Below, piece by piece: positions 11,371 through 21,916 of a stretch of DNA of 28,049 nucleotides. Numbering within the stretch: position 1 is the first letter of the stretch; each line of letters begins with the position of its first letter. Under the pieces are notes generated by a model that ran no database searches, was not told where the DNA came from, and saw only the letters and a list, made by a program, of their open reading frames with translations. The position numbers and the translations under genes were made by a program. Origin of the DNA: Chiloscyllium plagiosum (lineage: Eukaryota); assembly GCF_004010195.1 (NCBI RefSeq), contig NC_057711.1:83541344-83569392 (forward strand), read 5' to 3'.

Positions 11371-11599
11371 AGTGATAAAATAGTTAAGGAATCTAATCAT
11401 ATTAGGGAAATGCATCCAGAAAATTAACATGTGTGACTATTGTGGTGCAAACTGCAAAGTACAATTACATGTTCAGTAATGAAGCAAGTACTTCTGCTTT
11501 TAAGGTTCAAATGTAGTTTAAAAAAGATTTTGGGGCATTTTTAAATACCAGGCTAAATGTTTGAGAAACACCATTGTTTACCTGCTAATGTCAACATAG

Positions 11600-11718
11600 G
11601 CAAAACTGATATAAGAGTGCAGAGAGATTTCATTACAGATTATCCGAACTGGGGATTAGTGCATGATTTAGAGATGCTACATCAATCGCTGTTGCATCAT
11701 AAAGATCATCCCCATAGA
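11600..11718 (+). CDS. Candidate coding exon of an unidentified host gene
   Basis: Non-repetitive sequence. Acceptors caacatag (11599) or tttcattacag (11638), donor AGA|gtatgt (11719) or CT|gtaagc (11733). The open frame reads KTDIRVQRDFITDYPNWGLVHDLEMLHQSLLHHKDHPHR. No homologue recognised. Confidence 0.35.
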
Positions 11719-12254
11719 GTATGTTTAATCCTGTAAGCAGGTCTTTTATACTTCAAAGTCACTACCATGTGTTTGTCACTTCTCCCAGGACAATATGTAG
11801 CACAGGAGATTGGCTAATAAGGAGCTAAAAAGATATTGATGCAAACTAGAACAACCAATTAAAAAGATTAAATGCTTCTTGATTTCAAAGTAGATTATGT
11901 GTCATTTTGATGACTCAATGGTTAAATGCTCAGCGGCTACGTAACTGTTCTTCATTTGTGAATTAAGACAGCAAATGAAGTTTATGAAAATGAGATGTCA
12001 AGAAATTAAATAACATTTTGCAATGCAGTTCAATTAGAACTTTGTAATGAATGATTACAGAATAGAACTTTGCACTATATTGTGGTTCCCTTACCAAAAA
12101 GGAAACATACAAAATTATCACTGCGTGATGTATCTCTGCCAATTTTACAAATTACTTTCATAAAGCAAGCTTCAAAAGCCACAGTTTCGATGTCTTGGGC
12201 CTGATTATAACAGAAATCCAAAGCTAAGAAAATGCACCAAATGAACCCGTAAGT

Positions 12255-12625
12255 AATTACAGTACAGAATAGGCTCCTCAACCCATTGTGTCTGTGCCAG
12301 CTCTCTGCAAGTGTAACTCGGCTAGTTCCATTCCCATACCCTTCACTCATAACCGTGCAATTCTTCTCTCCTCAGGTGTTTATCCAATTTCCTTCAGAAG
12401 CCCCAATTTGATCTGCCTCAGCCATAGTTTCAGGCAGTGCATTTCAGATCCTAATCACTCACTGCATGAAGTGTTTTTCCTTATGTCACCTTTGATTGAT
12501 TGGCCAATTACTTTAAACTGGTGTCCTCTGGCTCTCACCAATCTGCCAACTGGAACGGCTACTCCCATCTACACTGCATAGATTCTCCAAAAGTTTGAAC
12601 ACTTATCAAATCTCCTCTCAACCTT
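12255..12625 (-). mobile_element. Degenerate CR1 3' fragment
   Basis: Resembles the reverse-complemented CR1 3' end (tacagtacagaataggc..cccattgtgtctgtgccagctct..tttatccaatt..ggcagtgcatttcagatcctaatcactcactgc). Confidence 0.6.
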
Positions 12626-12823
12626 CTGTGAAGCAAATAACAGCACTTTGTGGGCATCTCTTACCTTTGTTCCACAGAGCTTTACCTTCTCTAGGAGTGG
12701 TAGGGAAGGATAACCAACTGGTTGGAGAGATATCCATAAAATCCTGTCCAATATTGCTAATTCTGGGCTCTGTATTTTACTGTACGCAGGTGAAGGCTTT
12801 AGAGAGGATGCAGAAAAGATTTA

Positions 12824-12890
12824 GCTACATCAATCTCTGTTGCATCATAAAGATCATCCCCATAGAGTATGTTTAATCCCATAAGCAGGT
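12824..12890 (+). repeat. 67-bp dispersed duplicate of 11676-11742
   Basis: Direct repeat, 64 of 67 positions identical by eye. Confidence 0.95.
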
Positions 12891-12894
12891 ATTT

Positions 12895-13610
12895 GAGAAG
12901 ATTTGTAGCTAAGGTTGAGGTTCTTGATGTAGGTTTGCTCGCTGAGCTGGAAGGTTCATTTCCAGATGTTTCATCACCCACCTTCAGTGGGTCTCTGGGC
13001 GAAGCACTGCTGATAATTCCTGCTTTCTATTTATATGTTTGGGTTTCTTTGGGTTGGTGATGTCATTTCCTGTTCTTTTTCTCAGCAGGTGGTAGATGAG
13101 GTCTAACTTGATGTGTTTGTTGATAGAGTTCCGGTTGGAATGCCATGCTTCTAGGAATTCTCGTGCATGCCTCTGTTTGGCTTGTCCTAGGATGGATGTG
13201 TTGGCCCAGTCAAAACGGTGTCCTTCCTTGTGTGAGAGAGGGTCATTTTTTTTGTGGTTAGTTGATGTTCATGTATCCTGGTTGCTAATTTTCTGCCTGC
13301 TTGTCCAATGTAGTGTTTGTTACAGTTCTTGCATGGTATTTTGTAAATGACATTAGTTTTGCTTGTTGTCTGTATAGGGTCTTTCAAGTCTATTAGCTGC
13401 TAATTCAGTGTGTTGGTGGGTTTGTGGGCTACCACGATGCCAAGGGGTCTGAGCAGTCTGGCAGTCATTTCTGAGATGTCTTTGATGTAGGGGAGAGTGG
13501 CTAGGGTTTCTGGACATGTTTTGTCTGCTTGTTTGGGTTTGTTGCTGAAAAATCGGCAGTTCATTGGGTACCCATTCTTTTTGAACACACGATATAGGTG
13601 ACCACGTTCC
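12895..13610 (-). mobile_element. Penelope-like element (family C), 3' fragment with GIY-YIG endonuclease remnant
   Basis: HLYRVFKKNGYP..LATLPYIKDISEMTARLLRPLGIVVAHKPTNTL, then KDPIQTTSKTNVIYKIPCKNCNKHYIGQAGRKLATRIHEH (VIY..YIG..R..EH). The terminus (agctacaaatcttctc on the minus strand) matches 23788-23803. Confidence 0.92.
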
Positions 13611-14278
13611 ACAAGAGGACCATGTTCAAGTCTGGGTGTGTAATAACATCTCTGAACAGGTTGATTAGAAAAATAGGTTTAAAAGAAAATCAAAGACACA
13701 GGCACAGACAATGTCCAGCCAGGACAAAACATTGCAGCACTTATAAGACTCTGGATCACTTCCAGAACATATGCAGAAGTAGAACACAGTTTCAAAGCAG
13801 AAAAAATGTTATGTGTTTACTCAGAAACGATGTTAACATGGCACTTCTTCACCTTTAGAAAAGATACCTAAGGCATTCATAGAGGAAATTGATAATCTCA
13901 AGATTCACCTAGCTTGCTTATGTCATTGCACATCCTGTTAATTCTAAGCTTGATAAAAATGTGAGTGTTATAATTCTACCAGCTCACTTACTAAAGAAGA
14001 ATGAGAAGTTACAGCCTACAGAGATGAGACCACATGATGCAGTGAAATAATTGTCAATAGCTTAACTATGGTACAAGTTACACTGCATCACAAGTAGCTT
14101 AAGAGAGTGAAAATGCTCATGTAATTCACAATCAGCATTCCTCACTTTTAAACTTGCATAAATGTCTTGCGGTCATTTTCGTCAAGAAGGCAGCAAGTGT
14201 ACACCCATGTCCAGGAGAACAACTGAAACAAACAGTTATCAATCAACAGGCTGGTGGCCCAGAAACAAACCATTATCG

Positions 14279-14502
14279 GTCAAGAGTGTGGTGCTGGAAA
14301 ATCACAGCAGGTCAGGCAGCATCCAAGGAGCAGGAAAATCGACATTTCGGGCAAAAGCCCTTCACTAGGAATTCTCGATGAAGGGCTTTTGTCCAAAACT
14401 TCGATTTTCCTGCTCCTCAGATTCTGCCTGACCTGCTGTGCTTTTCCAGCACCACACTCTTGACTCTAAGCTCCAGCATCTGCAGTACTCACTTTCGCCT
14501 AG
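14279..14502 (+). mobile_element. Family A palindromic element with 3' tail
   Basis: Arms of about 90 bp inverted around ggaattc (14369-14375), then the tail ctccagcatctgcagtactcactttcgcct. Both hammerhead cores are mutated. Confidence 0.9.
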
Positions 14503-14517
14503 TTGATACAAACCATT

Positions 14518-14730
14518 GAGGAGAAAGTGAGGACTACAGATGCTGGAGATCAGAGCTGAAAATGTGTTGCTGGAAAAGCGCAGCAGGTCAGGCAGCATCC
14601 AGGGAACAGGAGAATCGATGTTTCGGGCATAAGCCCTGAAGAAGGGCTTATGCCCGAAATGTCGATTCTCCTGTTCCCTGGATGCTGCCTGACCTGCTGC
14701 GCTTTTCCAGCAACACATTTTCAGCTCTGA
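14518..14730 (-). mobile_element. Family A palindromic element, opposite orientation, 14-bp TSD
   Basis: Tail on the left. Near-perfect arms around ctgaagaa (14636-14643). tgatacaaaccatt at 14504-14517 and 14728-14741. The + strand core reads CTGAAGA a GGGC ttat GCCC GAAA t GTC (14636-14663). Confidence 0.9.
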
Positions 14731-15244
14731 TACAAACCATTACCAGTCAACCAGTCAAAGGGCAACCCATAGAAGTTCACACTAGGAGCTTTCTAAGTTC
14801 ATGGCAGAACCCAAATAAAAAGAAGATCACCTACATTAACACAAAATAAAAGTTTCATATAGCCAAGATGCAAAAAATGGATAACAAACCAACAGAAGTT
14901 AAATAAAATCAGCGATAACGAATAAGTGACCAAGAGATTGTGTTATCATTTGCCAGTATTTTGTTGTAGGACGGTTCCACCAGGAGTCCAGTGAGTCAGC
15001 CAAGAAATTTATTTTGAACACCAACATAGGTGACTTACTAGTGCATGACAAAAGACTAATTAAAGCAGCATCCCTTTTGAAGATCTATTAGGAAGAATCC
15101 AGCAGGGACACTTAGATATTGTCAGGTGTAAAGCCAGGTGCAGTCAGCAGTGTGGTGGCCAGAAATCTCAAAACAGACTGATCATCGCATAACCTCTTGT
15201 AAAATCTGTGCTTTTACAGCATTTTCTAACTGGAAAACATCCCT

Positions 15245-15434
15245 TAAAAATGTGTTGCTGGAAAAGCGCAGCAGGTCAGGCAGCATCAAAGGAGAAGGAG
15301 AATCGACGTTTCGGGCAGCTTATGCCCGATACGTCGATTCTCCTTCTCCTTTGATGCTGCCTGACCTGCTGCGCTTTTCCAGCAACACATTTTTAAGCTC
15401 TGATCTCCAGCATCTGCAATCCTCACTTTCTCCT
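15245..15434 (+). mobile_element. Family A palindromic element, centre deleted, 15-bp TSD
   Basis: Arms 15245-15317 and 15323-15395, tail to 15434. ctggaaaacatccct at 15230-15244 and 15433-15447. Confidence 0.9.
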
Positions 15435-15911
15435 GGAAAACATCCCTGTCAACACTGAAGACAGATGAGAATATAAAACTGAAAAAGTTGGTGGAAAGAA
15501 GCAAATACTGAAAACAGGACTAGCAGCACAACCCAGTTGGGCTCATTTAGTTGTTCAGGCAATAAAATAGTCTGGTAAATAAATTGATATTGCAGAATGG
15601 TCAATACTGATGGAGCAGCAATCTTCCCGTAATATGGCTGCATATGTAATAAAGTCAAATTCATCAGTCAAGCAACCACAGAAGGAATCAAGATTTCCAG
15701 CCTGATCAACAATTTGAGGCAGATGAGCTACGAGTGACTCCATAGAATTTGGACCAATATTCATGGATTTCAGACTACAGTAAAACTAAGGAATTGCCTG
15801 GTATGAGCATAAAGGATATTGCAAAAATTAAATACTTATTGAAGTTGAAGAGCAATTTCCCAGGAGCACATTGTTAGTGAACTCCAGGATACAGCAAGGA
15901 AGACAAGCAGT

Positions 15912-17390
15912 GAGGATAAAGAGGAACTAGTAGATATAGTGGATTTGGATGTCCAGAAAGGTGCCATATAAAAAAATATTGCACAAGATAGCAGCTCATG
16001 ATATGGGGTAAGCTACAACACAGGAAGACTAAACATTAGAAGCAGCATGTGAAAGACACCGCTAATTTATTCCAAAACCAACCAATCAGATCTAAGGTCT
16101 ACTGTCCTCTTACATCTAGTCATGATGGACAAATAAAATACTCACTGGTGGAGTAGGCTCCACAAATATCCCCAAGTTCAATGATGGGGTAGCCCCACAC
16201 ATCAGTGTAAAAGACAAGGCAACTACCTTCAATCAGAAGTGTCATGTGGATGACCACACTTGCTGGTGTCTTAGCATCACAGATTGAGCCAATTAAATCT
16301 ACTCCATGTGAGGTCAAGAAATGGCTGAAGGCACTGTATTTTACAAATACTGGTTCTGAAAACATTCTGGCAAGTGTACTGAAGGTGATATTACAATACC
16401 ATATCCATCCAACAAGGTAGAAAGTTAGGTAAAAACAGAAACTGCTTTGTTCTAACGGGCGGCCAAGATAGAAAGTTAGTCAAGTATGGCCCGGCCACAA
16501 AAAACAAGAAAAATCCAACCTAGTTAATTCTCAATCATCAACAATATCCTTTTCATAACAATGCTCAATCTAACTAAGTTATGACCACCACCTCCCCTAC
16601 TGATATGCCTTCCACCTGCTCAAGCTCATTTTCAAATGTTCAGTCCATAACTGTCTTCTCCCTTATTGTGTTTTCTATGTACTGGCTAAAACATGTTCTC
16701 CTGGATACCATTTAACTAATTTTCCTCCCCCATTTATTTCACACTAAATGATCCCAGTTAATATTTAAATAATCGAAGTTCCCTACTTTACTGCTTAATT
16801 ATTTTCACTTGCCTCTGAAATGTGATTACACATATATATTTAATCCTCTAACTCTCATTGACTGTTAAGGGACTATAATACTCACTAACAATGTGCTCGC
16901 CCCTTTTGTGTTTTTTCACTTCAACTCACATGGCCTCATTTGATAACCCTTCCAAGATATTATCTCTCTTCACTGCTGTAGTTGATTCCTGGATTATTAT
17001 TGCGAACCCCCCACAAGCCCTCCCACCCTGTCAACCCCTCCCCTCATCCCCATCCCACCACTTACTTTTATCTCCTCTCTTTCTCATCTGACACCGTGTA
17101 ACCAGAAATGTTGAGTTGCCAAACCTGCCCATCTTTCAGCAGATCTCAGTCATTGTTATGATATCATTCACCCATGTGTCTACCTGTTCCCTCAGCTCAT
17201 CTGTTTTATTCATCAAGTTCCTATTGTTAAAATATGTTCTATTTCACCTTGTTAACCTTACTTATTTCCTATGTTTCCTCTGCCTTCCATTCTCAGTTCC
17301 TTCTTTTTTAACGTCTAATTCTATTTCAGTTTCTCTCCCCTCTCAACCACCAGTCAACATTCCATGTTTCTGCCAATTTAAGTTAAATCA
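15912..17390. mobile_element. Cluster of old CR1-clade LINE fragments
   Basis: 15912-16010 (+) DKEELVDIVDLDVQK..LHKIAAH. About 16130-16545 (+) NQKCHVDD..STPCEVKKWLKAL..ENILASVLK. About 16620-17390 is pyrimidine-rich and resembles a reverse-strand CR1 5' ORF2 region. Boundaries are approximate. Confidence 0.55.
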
Positions 17391-20300
17391 GCCCCAACAA
17401 TAGTAAAACAAATGTCTTCCAACAATACAGCACAGGTTGTGTAGGAAGCAGCACATCCTACCTCCAAGAAACAGAGGTGGACATCCATTGCAGCATTGTG
17501 CAACTGAAATTTGTGCCCTTAAACCTAGTCTTATGCTCCTTTTGCTTGAATGACAAGGCTTCACAGGCTTTCTGGGATTGAGATGGCCATCACCACATAG
17601 CATCTATGTTCCAAGATGAACCTGGTGCAATCTCAGTGTTTTTGCATGGACATCCAAGCTGTGTCTTTTCTGTCAGACAAGCACAAGTATTAGAAGAAAT
17701 TGCCAGATATTGCTAATCTGAGAGAAAGCATCATCAACATAAGCATTCTGAATATTCCACTACTTTAATTCAGCATGAGCACTGATCTGCAAGAAAATGG
17801 AACAAACTGAAATAAGTGCAAGTGGTGAAAATCTCACTCCAGATTTGTTTAGTGCTGGGAGCCCTACTATAAATCAATAGAATGGGAGAGTGGAAAACTT
17901 TGAAATTATGGCAATTATTCTAAGGTGATAACTAAAGAATGGAAGATGCAGTGCTATGTCTCCTGCTCCCCAGATAGTACAAAGTTCTACAGTGAAATTG
18001 AACTTCTGCACTTATTTATGTCATTTTAATTAATGTAAGTTTACTGTGCTTTAATTGTAAGACTATTCACCCCTTAAAGAACATCAAATGCCTAGAATTT
18101 TTGTGCCCGATTGACCCTGCTGGTTTTTGTGTAAAATGGCAATTGTGCCAAGGACGAAGAGCATTGTCTGAGGAAGTGGAAGACTTTACTCCTCAGCCAG
18201 CTGAGATCAGCAAAAGGTAAAGTGAGGCCATTTATTTTCAAATAAATATTTATGATGTCAGGTATTTAACCTTGGCTTGATGGTAAGAGAAGTCTTTGGT
18301 GAAAAACTGCAGTTCAATACATGAAAATCTTTATTTCAGCTCTCATCACTTTCAGAGGTGCATTTCTCTCATGTTCTGGGAACTGCAATGTTACTGCTGT
18401 TGTGGAGTGAATCATTATAGTGTTTGGCAATGACATGTTCTTGGAATAAATACAATGCATTAACAAGAAATCTGCACAGCAGTAAAATATGTTTTTATAT
18501 ATAATTAGCTGAGCAGGACTAACCCAAGAAGTGCAAGGAAAAGTATTGTTTCTAAGGATTCAGCTTATCCTGACACTCCTCAATCTTTTTTTTCTTTTTC
18601 TAACAAATAAGCCTATTGTCTAACACCTTTATAGAAGACATTAAAATAAGTTTCTTTTTCAAATGCCAGAATCCATTAGCTTCAATCAATAATGCACAAA
18701 AATTTAAACTAGTTGCTGAGAGCAACAGCAGATGAGGATAGACAGGCCTTGATCAACTTGGAACTGCTGTTAAGAGCAACCCAAGATTTTTATTGAAATA
18801 TCGATCCATTTAGAGGAGATGAGAGAAATTTCAAAGGAAAGAATTAGGATGCACAATTTGAATATCTGTAGCCCTTCTGGAGCAACCTCAAGCAGGACGT
18901 GGGTGGAAGGAATATATATTAAGGTAGGATTTATGTACAATTGGTCTTGGCATGAAAAACATAGTTGCCTTGCGAGGGATAAAGCGTCTGTACATGTCAA
19001 ACAAAAGCCGCAGCATGGAAGGAGGTTGGGGAAGAGGGACAGTGGGGTAGATACTCTTACATTAGTTGCTGTAGATTAATACCCATGAAAACAGTTACAT
19101 TGACCTGCCAACTGAACTCAGTTTAGCAGTCCAGAGCAGTGATGGGACCTCCATTTTAAGAGGTTTTTTAACTGAGCATCTTTTTGTTCTCCCTTGAAAA
19201 GAGGGCTGATGCCACTGTTTTGGAAGATTTCCAGGTGGTTGGTAGCATCCCTTTCCCTATGGCCTCTTCACTGTAGAGCGCTCAAACTTCGATTAATTGT
19301 TTTCAAATGGATCTAAGATGATTTAAAACTTTGTTATGAAATATGCTTATACATGATGGGTGTAAAGCCAAGCTGCATAGGACTTTTATTTGGAGGTGAT
19401 ATTCTACTTTTTCTCTTCATGTAAGTTTAAAACAAAATTACACAAAATAGATTAGTCCTAATTCCTCAAGGCTCCACTGACAGCATGGATGATTTCTGTA
19501 GAGGATTGAGGGCTGACGGGTATTGGGATGTTTCAGAACAGAAGGTTTAATATTCAACACTGTACTTAAACTGTCCAATGTATTTTTGGTGACTGGTTTC
19601 AGGGACATCAATATTGATCACTTTCTTAGATTTGGTCCCAAACTAAGTTTCTTATCTTAAAGACTGGAGGCAATGAGCACCAATGCACTGAGAAACAGGC
19701 TAGTTATGACCTTGTATTTCCACAGTATCTGTCAAACATTTGTGTCCTCAGTGGGTGATGAACAGAACATCCAGAAAATCTGCATAAATTGACACGGTCA
19801 GCCATTTAAGCACTTCCAGAGTTCCACCATTCTCCTACCAGAGATCGCATATGGAAATCCAGATTTATTTTCATTAAGCAGACAACTTTTGTTATGGTAT
19901 GCAGGCATCAGTTTGATGGAGACTGGGTGACAGGGCCCCTTTGAAGTAAGAGTAGGTGACAGAACGTTTTCATAACAACATGAACTGAAAGTGTTTGCTC
20001 TCCAATAATGTTTAACTGTTACCTGACAATACTGTAGTTCTGTAGTTCTTATTCAGAAACCAGTAATAATACATTAATTACTTAGTTATCCAAGTTCTGT
20101 GCTCATGGCTGCCCAACCTACTAAAATCTCTCCCACCTACAAAGATGGGCTAAACAATAGAAGCTTCAGCACTGTTTGCTGTCTTTTGGCTGACGCCTTC
20201 AACTGGAATTAAATAAATCATTTTTCAATGCAATAACCACGAGTATGCAGTAATGATTGTTTGCAATGGCAAAATGATATATACCGTTTTCACACATCAA

Positions 20301-20549
20301 CTCCCCCCTTCTCCCTACCCATGTAGGGTGTGGAATTCCCCACAAAGTTTCTGGCATGCTTCATAGAGATCATAAGAAATGGTTATAAAGTGAGCAGCAA
20401 ATGTGCCTATATACCTTCCTCCTGATACCAATGAACTTTTATTTAGTAATAAACATTTTCTATGCATCAAAGCAGATGCTGGTAAATTCTATTCATCCTT
20501 TGTGGTTCTGCAAAGAATAGTCTGACTCACTTGGTAATACAGAACTTGA

Positions 20550-21418
20550 TTATTGCTGAAAAGAGAGGCATGTTGCCCACGTTTTTACCTTGAACTCATC
20601 AGGTCAAACACAAGAATGGCAGATTTCAAAATGGACATTCCAAAAATTCACACTACAGGAGAAAAATCATCTCTTATTGGCTGAGGTATAGCAAAAAGGA
20701 AAGCAATGGGACTTTAGGGATTTTCCAAGCTCTGAAGTAATTAAAAAATATGCAGGGTGAGAGTGAGGACTGCAGATGCTGGAGATTAGAGTCGAGACTG
20801 TGGTGCTGGAAAAGCACAGCAGGTCAGGCAGCATCGGAGTTGCAGGAGAATCAATGTTTCAGGCAAAAGCCCTTCATCAGGAAATCCTGATAAAGATTTT
20901 CCTGCTCATCAGGTGCTGCCTGACCTACTGTGCTTTTCCAGCACCACACTCTTGACTAAAAAATATGCAAGCTTTAAACATATTGTTATTGCTCATGGTG
21001 AATACCTCTTTTTATATGAATATATGTAACTTCTAACAAATGTAAGTGAGCCACATTACAATGTCAAGTGATTGTCTCAAATTAATTGTGAGTGCAGCTC
21101 AGGGTTGCTCTGCAAATGCTGCTAAATTAGAGAACCACGTTTAAGGGTAAATATTTTGTTTTAGTTTTCACAAGTGCAGGTTGTTTGAGTTCAGATAATG
21201 TCCACATTTTGCATCTTCTTGAATTACCCGGGAATAGTTCCTTATTGCTTTCTCCATAGCAATCCCTTGGTCAATCGGAGTTGACTTGCCTATCAATCAG
21301 CACTCCCTCTTCCTGTAGTGTATATTGCTGTGATCATTTGAAATTTGGCACTCTTATAGTTATACTGATGAGTGCAAGGCAAAATGTTCCAGCAACATTT
21401 CTCACTTTTCAGAAATAA
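20550..21418. mobile_element. Ancient large inverted-repeat element (family D) with hammerhead-like core in each arm
   Basis: Left arm about 20550-20990 (interrupted by 20755-20957) aligns to the reverse complement of about 21195-21418: ttattgctgaaaagagaggcatgttgc vs ttatttctgaaaagtgagaaatgttgc, ccttgaactcatcag vs ccttgcactcatcag, acactacagga, gaaagcaat, gtaatt.aa.aa.atgcaa. CTGATGAG occurs at 21365 (+) and 20602 (-). Confidence 0.65.
20755..20957 (-). mobile_element. Family A palindromic element, 13-bp TSD
   Basis: Tail on the left, centre ggaaatcc at 20880-20887, right arm with about 20 bp deleted. taaaaaatatgca at 20742-20754 and 20957-20969. Confidence 0.9.
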
Positions 21419-21699
21419 CACAGTAATCAACTTGATTAAGAATGATAGAAGGTTCAATGACTGACAGGCTTGGCATCTGGTTTGCAATAACTTAAATACA
21501 AAACTGTTACTGGTCTTCTTTGAATCAAAAATTTTCATCATTGTTTATTTCACCGTCTTTCATAATTCACATTACTTGAGAACTTTTTTTCTTAATATGA
21601 ATTGATGTAACTTAATCAGTATGTAGGCATTACAATATTTGTGAGATATTGTTTTAGGCATGAATAAGAGGTATTTCCCAACTCAAAATAGCATATTTA

Positions 21700-21916
21700 A
21701 AGCTAGTGCTTCCAAATAAACCTGTTGGACTGTAACCTGATGTTGTGTGATCTTTAATTTTGTCTAACCCAGTCCAAGAAATGGGTAGACATTCCTGAAG
21801 AAGTGCTCATGCCCGAAACGTCGATTCTCCTGCTCCTTGGATGCTGTCTGACCTGCTGCCCTTTTCCAGCAACACATTTTCAGCTCTAACCCAGTCCAAC
21901 ACCAGCACCTCCAAAT
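21700..21916 (+). mobile_element. Family B Penelope-like 3' terminus with nested family A insertion
   Basis: aagctagtgcttccaaataaacctgttggact..cccagtccaacaccagcacctccaaat. Flanked by catattta (21692-21699 and 21917-21924). It begins inside the hammerhead GAAA/CUA segment. Confidence 0.8.
21778..21886 (+). mobile_element. Family A single-arm element with hammerhead core, 15-bp TSD
   Basis: attc CTGAAGA a GTGC tcat GCCC GAAA c GTC gatt (21791-21826). tctaacccagtccaa at 21763-21777 and 21885-21899. Confidence 0.85.

Larger units (their letters stand above)
13610..15800 (+). mobile_element. Second degenerate Ty3/Gypsy internal remnant
   Basis: Protease-like NSKLDKNVSVIILP at about 13940. Integrase zinc-binding region DLLVHDKRLI..DLLGRIQQGHLDIVRCKAR..VWWPEISKQTDHRITSCKIC at about 15030-15210. 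Decayed core downstream. Interrupted by three family A elements. Confidence 0.7.

Noticed and set aside
11581..11730. Minus-strand exon with signal-peptide-like MKSLCTLISVLPMLTLA and donor CAG|gtaaac
   Set aside because: It overlaps the + strand candidate, the acceptor tract is poor and no compatible downstream exon was found. It cannot be fully excluded.
14154..15504. ORFs such as 14365..14718, 15138..15458 and 15286..15504
   Set aside because: Read-throughs of family A palindromes. Only the first ~25 aa of 15138..15458 reflect a decayed Gypsy integrase.
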